Source: an uncultured delta proteobacterium (lineage in GTDB: Bacteria; Desulfobacterota; Binatia; UBA9968). From it: a stretch of DNA of 64,000 bases. The number at the start of each line of letters is the position of its first letter. Position 1 is the first letter of the stretch. Where the stretch lies: contig CAVYTU010000015.1 of the NCBI GenBank assembly GCA_963771465.1, positions 672,001-736,000 of the forward strand. The letters run 5' to 3'. Below are positions 9,728 through 19,116 of the stretch, in pieces. The notes beneath the pieces are model-generated. The model saw only the letters and a list, made by a program, of their open reading frames with translations. It searched no databases and was not told the origin of the DNA. The position numbers and the translations under genes are program-made.

Positions 9728-10786
9728 ATGCGCGCAAAATTGACACTAATCGGTATTACAGCCTTCATCGCGATGGCGATTAATTCACCGCTCTTCGCCC
9801 AATCAACACCGTACTTCCAAGGCAAGACCATCCTGCTGATTCAGGGCCGCGAACCTGGCGGCACCGGCGCTCTACGCGTCCAAGCGGCGCTGCCGTATCT
9901 AAAAAAATATTTGCCTGGCGAGCCGATCATCGTCACCCAGTTCATGCCCGGCGGCGGCGGCCGCAAGGCGACAAACTACGTCGCGCGCAACGCCAAGCCT
10001 GACGGCTTGACCCTTGGCAACGTCGGCTCCGGTCTAGTCGCCAACGCGGTGCTCGGCTCCACAGGCGTCGAATACGATATCGACAAGCTCATCTATCTCG
10101 GCACGTCCAATAGCTCGGCACAGTATGTTTTTGGGTCGGTAGCGAAACTGGGCTTGGACAATTTAGAGAAATTGCGCGCCCGCCCCGGCATTCGCGTCGG
10201 CGCGCAGACAGTCGGACACGACATTTACATCAACGGCCGGCTGTTTTCCTGGATACTGGGTTTGAAAGATCCGAAATTCGTCACCGGTTATTCTGGACCC
10301 GAGCTCGATGTGGCGATGGACCGCGGCGAGTTAGACGCTCGCGCCAATATTCCCGACACCGTATTGCAACGCAATACAGACTTCGTCGATAAAAAACTGC
10401 ACAATTTCCACGCGATCATCCAGATTCCCAAAGACGATCGTCATCCCCATCCCGCATTCAACAAGTTGCCAGAGCTTGAGACTTTCGCCAAGAGTGATCG
10501 CGAGCGAAAAATTCTGACCATGTTCCGCACCTTCCGGCTGGTCGGCTCGCCTTACATTCTGCCGCCCGGCACGCCGGCGGAAGCGGTGAATCACTGGCGC
10601 GAGGCGATGCGCAAAACTTTTAGAGACCCAGCGTTTATCAAAGATTTCAAAAAGCTCTCGGCCGACGACGCCACGCCGCTGACCCCGGAGGCACAGGATA
10701 AAGCGATCAAAGATATTCCGCGCGACGCTGAAGTCATCGCGCTTTTCAACAAAATCGCCGGCGGCGATCCGCTGCCACCGCGGTAA
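9728..10786 (+). CDS. TctC/Bug-like tripartite tricarboxylate transporter substrate-binding protein
   Basis: RBS GGAGG before ATG 9728, a signal peptide, and motifs YFQGKTI, PGG, MPGGGG, KPDGLT and LPPGTP. Confidence 0.85.
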   Translation: MRAKLTLIGITAFIAMAINSPLFAQSTPYFQGKTILLIQGREPGGTGALRVQAALPYLKKYLPGEPIIVTQFMPGGGGRKATNYVARNAKPDGLTLGNVGSGLVANAVLGSTGVEYDIDKLIYLGTSNSSAQYVFGSVAKLGLDNLEKLRARPGIRVGAQTVGHDIYINGRLFSWILGLKDPKFVTGYSGPELDVAMDRGELDARANIPDTVLQRNTDFVDKKLHNFHAIIQIPKDDRHPHPAFNKLPELETFAKSDRERKILTMFRTFRLVGSPYILPPGTPAEAVNHWREAMRKTFRDPAFIKDFKKLSADDATPLTPEAQDKAIKDIPRDAEVIALFNKIAGGDPLPPR

Positions 10787-10810
10787 TTGAAACTCCGTCG
10801 AAGGACGCAA

Positions 10811-10965
10811 GCGAAGCTTACCTTGGCGCAGGAACTTCCCGGCTACCGGATCACGCGAAACCTAGGCGTGGTGCGCGGCATGACCGCGCGCTCGCGCAGC
10901 ATCGTCGGAAATATCGGCGCGGGCTTGCAAACGCTCTTCGGCGGCAACATCACGATCTACGGTGT
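10811..10965 (+). pseudogene. Truncated YbjQ/UPF0145 family fragment
   Basis: QELPGYRITRNLGVVRGMTARSRSIVGNIGAGLQTLFGGNITIY matches the N-terminal half of YbjQ. There is no clear start and the C-terminal half is absent. Confidence 0.75.
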
Positions 10966-11006
10966 ATGCAGAGGTTGCGCGCGGTTAGTCCGGCGAACCT
11001 GTTGGA

Positions 11007-11690
11007 TTACGAACTAAACACGATGCCGCGGTCGGCGACGATGGTGAACGGATACTGCGCCGGCTCCAGAGCGGTGCCGCGCATTTTTTCTACGGTCAGT
11101 CGGCGCACGAAACGGCCGTTGACCGGCTCCATGCTCAGGGCGATTGTTCCAGCGACCAAATATTCTTCAACCCCACGCAGCTGCTTGTCCGACGAATAAG
11201 TGGTAAGCAAATGAGTCGTGTTGGTGTTGGCTTGCAAGGCGTAAATCAATTGACGCGCCTGGTCCGGGTTGCGCGATCCCACTAACGGCCCCACCGGGTC
11301 GATCACGACCCGCGCCGCGCCCATGCGCGTGATATAGGTGTTGAGATCCGTCGCTACCCGTTGCACGTCGACACTTTTACTGGTGTCGCCCGCCCGGGCG
11401 ACAAAATAGGCTGAGGCATCGAGAATCAAGAATTCTTTGGACTCGATAAACGGCGCCAAGTCCCAACCGAGCGAAGCGGCTTGTTCGATCACATCGGCGG
11501 GCTTCTCGTCGATGGCGACGTACAATCCCTTTTCTTTATCCATCAGACCGCGGACGAGATACTGCAAGCTCAGAACTGACTTGCCGGTACCCGGATCGCC
11601 GACGACGAGATAGCTTTTGCCTTGCCTTAGCCCGCCTTCGATCAACGCGTCGAGTTCCGGGACTCCGGTTGGTATGCGTTTCCCACTCAT
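11007..11690 (-). CDS. Single-domain KaiC/RAD55-like ATPase
   Basis: RIPTGVPELD, Walker A GDPGTGKS, Walker B VVIDP and RRLTVEKMRG. Confidence 0.88.
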   Translation of the reverse strand: MSGKRIPTGVPELDALIEGGLRQGKSYLVVGDPGTGKSVLSLQYLVRGLMDKEKGLYVAIDEKPADVIEQAASLGWDLAPFIESKEFLILDASAYFVARAGDTSKSVDVQRVATDLNTYITRMGAARVVIDPVGPLVGSRNPDQARQLIYALQANTNTTHLLTTYSSDKQLRGVEEYLVAGTIALSMEPVNGRFVRRLTVEKMRGTALEPAQYPFTIVADRGIVFSS

Positions 11691-11762
11691 AATTGATTAA
11701 CTCATCCGGTCGTAGACGTATCGACAACGGTCATCGATCCGCACTGACGTTTGCTTTTGAGG

Positions 11763-13682
11763 TTATCGTCCGACGCCGACTCGTTTGCGTAGTTCGGCGC
11801 GCGCTCGTTCGATATCAGCGGAGAGACGTTGCTGCAGTTGTTTGCTCTCATCTTTCGGCCCGCTGGCGGGCGTCTGCTGGCCAGGCGCGACAGCGCTAGA
11901 CTCGCCTACCGATGACATCGGTGTCAATACCGGTATCGCTTCCGCTGGCGGCTTCATACCGCCCAGTCCAGCGTTAACGCCAATGGGGCTTGGCGGCCGG
12001 CTCGCCACGGCCGCTGTCGCCGCGCTTTTTTGTGCGTTCAACTGAGTAAGATGCTGCACCTGATTCTTGAGTTCGGCGATCTCCGCGCCGCGGGCATCGA
12101 GCATGGCCAATTTATGACTCAACTGATTCTGCACTTCAGAGATTTGCCCGCGCAGTTCGGCGCCCAAGCCTTCGATCATCGAGTCCCGTTCTTGCCTTTG
12201 GCTTACCTGGTCTTGCAGCACGCTAAGCTCGCCCATCATGTGCTCGCGTAGCTGCCCGGCCTGCGCCGCCTCATTGACCATTAGCGCGTGACTTTGCTGG
12301 GCATCGGCCTCGGCCTGAACCAGGCGTTGGACGACCATCTGCATTTCGCCGCGCAATCCGTCCAACAGCGCGTCGCGACCATGGCGATCCTGTCGCTCAC
12401 TAGCGAGATATTCGCGCAGCTCCTCGATTTTTCCACCGAGCGACGTCTCGATTTCTTGGACCCACTGCGTCGCTGGCTGTTGTTGGGTCAATTCCATCTG
12501 CGCTACGCGGTTTAGCAACGTGTTGAGTTCGAGTTGTACCTGGCCGAGGCCGCCGTCAGTTTTTTCCATTTGGGCCAGCTTTAGGCTGAGGCGATTTTCG
12601 CCGTCACGGAGATGAGCCGAGATGAGCGCTTCAATCTTTTCGACCCACGCTGACTGATCCCATTGCCGCGCCACTGCGTCTTCGGCGCGGCTCGAAAGCG
12701 CTGCCAGGTTCGCGCTGAGCGCGGTGAGTCGCTGGGTGAGCGCGCCGACCTCGCCGTCGCGCCGCTCGACCGCGCCGAGCGCCCCGTGCAGTTGCTCTTG
12801 CAGCGCCGCGATTTGTTCACAGAGCGCGGCTTCAACTCGTTTAACCGCCGATTCATCCGCCTGTGGCGGAGTTGCTGGCGAGTCGAGCCGGGTCTTGAGC
12901 CCACTGATTTCCGCTTTTAGATCCGCCGCGGCTTGTAGCGTGGTTTGCTCTAGCCGCGCATAGCGGCCGGCCAACTCCGTCAGCTCCTTGCCGGAGTTTG
13001 CGCTCCGTCTAATCTCACCGCGCAATTCGTCGATCTTGCTTTGTAGTTTTTCCTCGTCCACGTAGGAGAAATTTTCCGCCGGCCGTGAATTCGCCAGCTC
13101 ATCGAGAAGCTCTGCTTTGAGCTTGGCCAATTCATTTTGCATCGACCGTTGGACAAGTTCTTCCACGGGTTGACGCTCGATCGCGGCCTGCGCCTGGTGA
13201 GTCGAGAACTCCGCGCGCGCAACCCGGTCCGCCAGCAAATTGAGGTCCAGTTTGAGATCGCCAAGCGCGCCGCTGGCAGCGTTTTGCGACTGCTTTTGAA
13301 TCTGCTCTTCGAATTCACCGAGCTTGACGCTGATCGCGGCGGCGAGCTGTTCGACGTTGACTTGGTCCACGCTAAACCGTTGTTGCCGCTCTCGGACTCG
13401 CTCGATTTCAGCCTTCAGAGCATCGACTTCCGCAGGATTCACCGCCGCGCCGCTGTTGCTGGTTTGCGTCAACTGGAGCTCGCGCATTTGACCGAGCAGG
13501 TTATCTTCAAGCCGTTTGATCTGCTCTTTGCGCTGGGACTCGCTCGCCGCCAGCGCCTGCGCCAGGCCGAGATCCGCCGCGGCTCGGCCAACCAGCCAGC
13601 CATATAAAACATCCGTTCCGCCACCCGAGTTGCTTCCCTGACTGCCCAAAGGCTGGTCGTTCGATTCGTCAAACAGTCCCAC
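11763..13682 (-). CDS. Long coiled-coil protein of unknown function (639 aa)
   Basis: AAGGAG RBS before GTG. Q/E/L/A-rich heptad character throughout, a Pro-rich linker and a basic C-terminal helix. No obvious TM segment or signal peptide. Confidence 0.8.
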   Translation of the reverse strand: MGLFDESNDQPLGSQGSNSGGGTDVLYGWLVGRAAADLGLAQALAASESQRKEQIKRLEDNLLGQMRELQLTQTSNSGAAVNPAEVDALKAEIERVRERQQRFSVDQVNVEQLAAAISVKLGEFEEQIQKQSQNAASGALGDLKLDLNLLADRVARAEFSTHQAQAAIERQPVEELVQRSMQNELAKLKAELLDELANSRPAENFSYVDEEKLQSKIDELRGEIRRSANSGKELTELAGRYARLEQTTLQAAADLKAEISGLKTRLDSPATPPQADESAVKRVEAALCEQIAALQEQLHGALGAVERRDGEVGALTQRLTALSANLAALSSRAEDAVARQWDQSAWVEKIEALISAHLRDGENRLSLKLAQMEKTDGGLGQVQLELNTLLNRVAQMELTQQQPATQWVQEIETSLGGKIEELREYLASERQDRHGRDALLDGLRGEMQMVVQRLVQAEADAQQSHALMVNEAAQAGQLREHMMGELSVLQDQVSQRQERDSMIEGLGAELRGQISEVQNQLSHKLAMLDARGAEIAELKNQVQHLTQLNAQKSAATAAVASRPPSPIGVNAGLGGMKPPAEAIPVLTPMSSVGESSAVAPGQQTPASGPKDESKQLQQRLSADIERARAELRKRVGVGR

Positions 13683-13755
13683 GGTTGTCGCTCCTTAGAT
13701 TGCGCAAAGTTATTACGCCACCGTACCCGCCGAGAGGATTCACCGGGCAAGCACA

Positions 13756-13771
13756 AGCCAAATATATGCCA
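13756..13771 (-). promoter_or_regulatory. Candidate sigma54 promoter for the coiled-coil/KaiC genes
   Basis: Minus strand TGGCATATATTTGGCT has GG-N10-GC spacing, but the -12 element is imperfect (TGGC rather than TTGC). Confidence 0.4.
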
Positions 13772-14168
13772 CCTTCGCCGGAGATAAATTACCAACGAAA
13801 ATCAACCTCCATCAATCCTGCCTGAGTGCCGGGTAGCAAGGTCTGAGCGCAAATGGACAATTTGGCACCGATATGCGCGAGCGGGCGGAATCGGTGGGCA
13901 ATCCGCGACCGGTGCAATGGGAAATTGCGCGCGCTAATTTTCTAATTCGGACAACTTGGCGTCGCAATTCGGAGGATCGCCAGCCATTTTCCTGGCGATT
14001 GAATACCGTCAAAGGAGCATTGCTTCGATAACATCGCCGCTGTTTTTGGAAATTCGCCGTCATCTTTGGCACAGAAATTTGCGCAGCCTTGTACAGCTTT
14101 GTGATGCTTCGGCCGACCGAGTCAGCTATCGGGCGCACAAATAGCTGCAATTTCGCAGATTGCCTTAA

Positions 14169-14184
14169 TGGCAGTCATCTTGCT
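14169..14184 (+). promoter_or_regulatory. Sigma54 (-24/-12) promoter of the chemosensory operon
   Basis: TGGCAGTCATCTTGCT has GG-N10-GC with TGGCA and TTGCT, about 110 bp upstream of the first gene. Confidence 0.65.
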
Positions 14185-14292
14185 TTCTGCTTACCGGTTG
14201 AAGCGCAGCTTTAGCCCGAGTCCTATCACCGTGTTCTTGATCGGCTCCTGCACACGGCTTGGCAAAATTTCGCAAGAAAGGAGGTCGCAACG

Positions 14293-14664
14293 ATGCCATC
14301 AAGAAGGATACTGCTAGTCGATGATTCTGAAACCATCCTCATGATGGAACAAATGATTCTCAAAAAAGATCACTACGAGATCGTCACCGCGAAGAACGGC
14401 AAGGACGGTGTCGCCAAAGCGCTCGCGACCAAGCCCGATCTCATTCTGATGGACGTCATGATGCCGGAGATGAACGGCTTCGAGGCGGTCAAGCAACTGC
14501 GCCAGCAAGCGGCTACGCGTTCGATTCCCATCGTCATGGTCACCACCCAGGCGGAAGCCGAAAGCATGGAAGCGGGCTACGAAAGCGGCTGCAATGATTA
14601 CGTCATAAAACCGATCGATCACCTCGAACTCGTGACCAAAGTTAGGAGCCTACTTGGCGACTAG
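14293..14664 (+). CDS. Single-domain response regulator (CheY-like)
   Basis: Receiver motifs LLVDD, DLILMDVMMPEMNG, VTT and KP. Confidence 0.92.
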   Translation: MPSRRILLVDDSETILMMEQMILKKDHYEIVTAKNGKDGVAKALATKPDLILMDVMMPEMNGFEAVKQLRQQAATRSIPIVMVTTQAEAESMEAGYESGCNDYVIKPIDHLELVTKVRSLLGD

Positions 14665-14676
14665 ACCGGATAGCAG

Positions 14677-15222
14677 TTGGCCGGGTATTTGAACCACGCG
14701 GCAACCATGCATTCAAGCTCAAATAGTAACACGTTCGATGTAACCGTCGCCGCCGATACCGAGCTTCAGCGCCGCGCCAAGTATTATCTCCATCCAGGGC
14801 AGCTTTTCGTTTCCAAAGAAAACCACGAGGTGACGACGATTCTGGGTTCATGTGTCGCGGTATGCTTATGGGACGCCGGCGCCAAGATCGGCGGCATCAA
14901 CCACTATCTCCTGCCGAGCTTTGCTGGCGACGGAGTCGCGTCAGCGCGCTTCGGGGATACTTCCATCAGAGAATTGCTCTCCACGCTCATCGCCATGGGC
15001 TGCGACCGGCGCCGCTTTCAGGCAAAGCTTTTTGGCGGCGCCTGCGTTCTGGAAGCATTCCGGGTGCGAAAAAATCATCTCGGCGCGCAGAACGTGCGGA
15101 CCGCGCGTGAGTTACTCGCAGCCGAAGCTATTCCTGTGGTCGGCGAAAATGTCGGCGGCGACCGAGGCCGCAAATTGATTTTTGCTACCGGCGACGGTTC
15201 GGCGTGGGTTAAAGAGCTTTAA
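14677..15222 (+). CDS. cheD: Chemoreceptor glutamine deamidase CheD
   Basis: Motifs TILGSCVAVC, GGINHYLLP, KLFGGA and GGDRGRK. The start may be ATG 14707. Confidence 0.93.
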   Translation: MAGYLNHAATMHSSSNSNTFDVTVAADTELQRRAKYYLHPGQLFVSKENHEVTTILGSCVAVCLWDAGAKIGGINHYLLPSFAGDGVASARFGDTSIRELLSTLIAMGCDRRRFQAKLFGGACVLEAFRVRKNHLGAQNVRTARELLAAEAIPVVGENVGGDRGRKLIFATGDGSAWVKEL

Positions 15223-15233
15223 GGAAGCCGGGC

Positions 15234-16913
15234 ATGGAAATCGATATCGATCTTGAAGCGATCTTAAGAACCTTCTTAGCTGAGTCTGAAGAAGACCTCG
15301 GCAAGATGGAAGAGGCGCTGCTCGCCCTCGAAGCTGACCCGGAAAATCAAAAACTTCTCGACGCAATCTTTCGCGGCGCGCATACGCTCAAAGGCAACGC
15401 CGGCAGCTTGGGGTATCCGAAAGTCGGCGGGTTTGCCCACGTTTTTGAAGAAATGCTGCAGCGTTTTCGCAATCGCACACTGCCGGTCACCCAAGGGCGG
15501 ATTACGCTTTTGCTGCACGCCGTGGACGCGCTTCGGCAAATGATCCCCGAGGCCATTGGCGGTTCCGAAGAATTGCAAGCGGAACATGTCGAGCTACTGC
15601 ATCAACTCGCCAATGGCAATCCCACCGCGAAGGATTCCGACGGGAAATCGGCTTCGGTAGCGAGCAGCGAACGCAAAAGGCCGTACGGACGGCGTCAAGA
15701 AGACGTCCAAGCCTGGTCCGAGCGCGCCGACACGGTGCGCGTCGATATCGGCAAACTAAACCACATGCTCAATCTCGCCGGCGAGATCGCCGTCGCCCAC
15801 GGTAGATTGCACCAAGTGTTGGAAACCAACCAGCAACCATCAGCGCCAGCGCTCGAAGCGCATGAGCAACTGGAGCGTCTTTCCCTGGATCTTCAAGAAC
15901 AAATCATGAGAGTGCGCATGGTGCCGGTGGGACCGATTTTTCGCCAGTATTTGCGCATCGTCCGTGACACGGCGCAGGCCAATGGCAAAACCGCCCGCTT
16001 GCTGCTCGAAGGCGAAGACGTCGAAATCGATCTGAGCATGGTCGAGCACTTGAAAGATCCGCTCACCCATATGATTCGTAACGCCTTGGATCACGGCATC
16101 GAAGCTCCGGAAAGTCGCCGCGCCAAGGGCAAGGATCTCTGCGGCGTGATCACGATCAGAGCGCGTCATGACGGCGCCAATATCCTCATCGAAGTCAGTG
16201 ACGACGGCAACGGATTGAACCGTCAGCGCATTGCCGAACGGGTGCGAGCGAGCGGCGCTGCCAGCGATCCCGACTCGCTCTCCAATCACGAGCTTTTCAA
16301 ATTTGTTTTCGAACCGGGCTTTTCGACGGCTGAGAAAGTGACCGACCTTTCCGGCCGGGGCGTCGGCATGGACGTGGTCAAACGAAACATCGAAGCGCTG
16401 CGCGGCGCCGTCACCATCGACAGCCGCCAAGGTCAGGGAACGACGATCACGGTCCGCTTGCCTCTCACTCTCGCCATTATCGAAGGATTTGGCGTCGGAG
16501 TCGGCAACGACACCTACATTCTGCCACTTCATTCGGTGCGGGAGTGCTTAACTCTATCGCCGGCGGAACAGCACAATCGCGATGGTTGCGGCGTGATCAA
16601 TTTGCGCGGTCTGCCGGTACCTTACTTACGACTGCGCGACTGGTACGGCTTGGCCGGGGAACGCCCAACGCGCGAAAGCGTGGTCATCGTCGAAGAAAAT
16701 GGCATGCAGGCTGGCATCGCCGTTGACCGTCTCTTCGGCGCGCACCAGACCGTGATAAAGCCTCTCGGTGCGCAATTCAAGGAAATCCCCGGCATCGCCG
16801 GCTCGGCGATCCTCGGCAGCGGCCGCGTCGCGCTGATCGTCGACGTCGCCTCGCTCATGCGCGACGCGGTGTACGCGCGGACGGCGGAATTAAACGGCGT
16901 CAAGGAACTTTAG
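15234..16913 (+). CDS. cheA: Chemotaxis histidine kinase CheA (short, no evident P2 domain)
   Basis: HPt FRGAHTLKG, HMIRNALDHGIE, GFST, SGRGVGMDVV, and a CheW-like C-terminus. Confidence 0.96.
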   Translation: MEIDIDLEAILRTFLAESEEDLGKMEEALLALEADPENQKLLDAIFRGAHTLKGNAGSLGYPKVGGFAHVFEEMLQRFRNRTLPVTQGRITLLLHAVDALRQMIPEAIGGSEELQAEHVELLHQLANGNPTAKDSDGKSASVASSERKRPYGRRQEDVQAWSERADTVRVDIGKLNHMLNLAGEIAVAHGRLHQVLETNQQPSAPALEAHEQLERLSLDLQEQIMRVRMVPVGPIFRQYLRIVRDTAQANGKTARLLLEGEDVEIDLSMVEHLKDPLTHMIRNALDHGIEAPESRRAKGKDLCGVITIRARHDGANILIEVSDDGNGLNRQRIAERVRASGAASDPDSLSNHELFKFVFEPGFSTAEKVTDLSGRGVGMDVVKRNIEALRGAVTIDSRQGQGTTITVRLPLTLAIIEGFGVGVGNDTYILPLHSVRECLTLSPAEQHNRDGCGVINLRGLPVPYLRLRDWYGLAGERPTRESVVIVEENGMQAGIAVDRLFGAHQTVIKPLGAQFKEIPGIAGSAILGSGRVALIVDVASLMRDAVYARTAELNGVKEL

Positions 16914-17121
16914 CAACGGCACCCAAAGTAAGCGACCGACTCGAGTCTCGATCAAATGAACACACACACTTCGCTCTCAAAGAATCCTGGGAATAGCCGT
17001 CAGATGGATCAAGTCACCCAGAGTAACGCTTCACGAGGCTCGCGATTTTTTTCCCTTCGTCGCAGAACTGCGGCGGGCCTGGACCATGAGTTCAAAAAAC
17101 ATTTCGCTTAAGGAGGCTGCC

Positions 17122-17646
17122 GTGACCAATACTCAGAGCAGCGATCAAACTCAATATCTAACCTTTCACATGGCCGGCGAGGAGTACGCCGTCGGCATTC
17201 TCAAAGTCAAAGAAATCATCGAGTACGGCCCGCTCACGCGGGTGCCGCAGACTCCGGATTCGGTCAGGGGCGTCATCAACTTGCGCGGCAACGTCGTGCC
17301 GGTCGTCGATCTGGCGACTAAATTTGGCATGCCCCAGTCGCCGCTCACCAACCGTACGTGCATCGTCATCGTCGAAGTCGATCTCGACGGCGAGCACAGC
17401 GTCATGGGCGTGATTGCCGACTCCGTGAGTCAGGTCATCGATTTGCCGCCATCGGAGATACTACCGGCGCCGGCCTTCGGCACCAAGCTCAAAGTCGATT
17501 TCCTCAACGGCATGGGTAAGTCGGGAAACAAATTCGTGCTCATTCTGGATATCGAAAAAGTCCTGTCCGGCGAGCAATTGAAGAGCACCCCTGCACTCAA
17601 TTATGGCGAGCCGGCAATGGTTTCGGCAGAGGAGTTAGCCCAATAG
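17122..17646 (+). CDS. cheW: Chemotaxis coupling protein CheW
   Basis: QYLTF, GVINLRGNVVPVVDL. AAGGAGG RBS precedes GTG 17122. Confidence 0.95.
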   Translation: MTNTQSSDQTQYLTFHMAGEEYAVGILKVKEIIEYGPLTRVPQTPDSVRGVINLRGNVVPVVDLATKFGMPQSPLTNRTCIVIVEVDLDGEHSVMGVIADSVSQVIDLPPSEILPAPAFGTKLKVDFLNGMGKSGNKFVLILDIEKVLSGEQLKSTPALNYGEPAMVSAEELAQ

Positions 17647-17741
17647 GAATCTTTCCGAATCAAGGGTCGGACCAACGCAGGTGAGCGCGTTGGTCTTTAG
17701 CGGAATCGAGCATGCGTGTCTCGGAAACGTGAGGTGAAACT

Positions 17742-19049
17742 ATGTTGCGAACACTCTCTAGAGCGATAACGTCAAAAGCAAAATTCTATTTGCTCGCAGG
17801 CTTCTTCCTGACCGGCTACATCCTAACCGCGCTGTTCGCGTATCTCGCACTCGGTCCGGCGGGATTTGCGGCGCTTTCCTCGGCCTTCACTATAGGTGTT
17901 GTGTTCGCCGCGATTGGCAGTTTTTTTTCTTGGTATTTCGCCGACGGCCTCAGCCGGCCATTGATCAATTTCGCCAACCGCCTTGAAAGCCTCAACCACG
18001 GTGACGCCGGCCTTTTGAAGTGGGTCAAAGCGACCGACCGGAATGATGAGCTCGGCGCGGTGGCGCGGGCATTTAACGGCTTCGCCGACCGGCTTTCGCT
18101 GATCGTCGGCGAGGTTCTGGAATCCGCCCGTAACTTATCGACGGCCGCTGCGCAGATTTCCGTCTCAGCACAAACCTTGAGCCTCGGTACGGGTGAGCAG
18201 GCCGCATGTCTTCAAGAAACCAGTTCGAGTCTGGAAGAAATCAACTCATCGATTGGCCAAAACGCGGAAAACTCCAAACACATGGAGCGCATGGCGCTTG
18301 CGGGTAGTCATGGCGCTGACGAGAGCGGCCAGGCGGTAGCTCAATCCGTCGCCGCCATGAGACTGATTGCGGAAAAAAACACCATCATCGAAGAGATCGC
18401 CTACCAGACCAACTTACTGGCGCTTAATGCCGCGATCGAAGCTGCGCGCGCGGGCGAACATGGGAAAGGCTTTGCTGTCGTCGCCAACGAAGTCAGAAAG
18501 TTAGCGGAACGTAGCCAGGCTGCCGCCAAAGAGATCGGCACCATAACTTCCACTAGCGTGAAAGTCACAGAGCGATCCGGGGAATTGCTTAAAGAATTAT
18601 TACCGGCGATTAAGAAAACCGCCGAGTTGGTTCAGGAAGTATCGGTCGCCTCACGACAACAAGCGCAGAGTGTTTCCCAGGTGAATCGCGCCATGGCGCA
18701 GGTCGATCACGTGGCGCAGAGCAATTCTGCGGCAGCAGAAGAATTAAGCGCCACTGCGGATCAAATGGCCCATCAAGCCCAGCAGCTTGAGTGGCTTATG
18801 GACTTTTTCAAGGGCAAGGACGGCGCGGCGCGCGATCAAGGTCAAAAGTCGCAGCCATTCCAAGCCATGAATTTTTCGACACCCAAGGGGGATACGGCGG
18901 CGTCAACGGCACGCTCGATGCGAAAAACGAGTTCCTCACTTGCAGCTGGACCGAATTCCGCGGTGCGAAATGGCCGTGCCGACACCTCTGTGCCGCGCCG
19001 GGACGGGTTCGTGCGATTTGACGAAGACAGTCATCGGCGCGAGCGGTAG
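17742..19049 (+). CDS. Methyl-accepting chemotaxis protein with almost no periplasmic domain
   Basis: Two closely spaced TM segments, HAMP (NDELG) and the signalling tip [30 protein letters not shown]. Confidence 0.93.
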   Translation: MLRTLSRAITSKAKFYLLAGFFLTGYILTALFAYLALGPAGFAALSSAFTIGVVFAAIGSFFSWYFADGLSRPLINFANRLESLNHGDAGLLKWVKATDRNDELGAVARAFNGFADRLSLIVGEVLESARNLSTAAAQISVSAQTLSLGTGEQAACLQETSSSLEEINSSIGQNAENSKHMERMALAGSHGADESGQAVAQSVAAMRLIAEKNTIIEEIAYQTNLLALNAAIEAARAGEHGKGFAVVANEVRKLAERSQAAAKEIGTITSTSVKVTERSGELLKELLPAIKKTAELVQEVSVASRQQAQSVSQVNRAMAQVDHVAQSNSAAAEELSATADQMAHQAQQLEWLMDFFKGKDGAARDQGQKSQPFQAMNFSTPKGDTAASTARSMRKTSSSLAAGPNSAVRNGRADTSVPRRDGFVRFDEDSHRRER

Positions 19050-19116
19050 ATCCATAGTGATCAAATGGAGGCGCTTCGTTGTCACGAGAATCATTTTGCC
19101 ACCAAAGGAGCGGGTC

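Noticed and set aside
11007-11690. Circadian clock kaiC
   Set aside because: Single domain, no ST phosphosites, and no kaiA/kaiB.
11763-13682. SMC/MukB/Wadjet-type ATPase
   Set aside because: The coiled-coil protein has no Walker A/B or ABC signature, and no kleisin-like partner is present.
13862-14275. Other TGGCA...GC sigma54-like strings (~13863, ~14067, ~14260)
   Set aside because: GG-to-GC spacing is 9 or 11 rather than the required 10.
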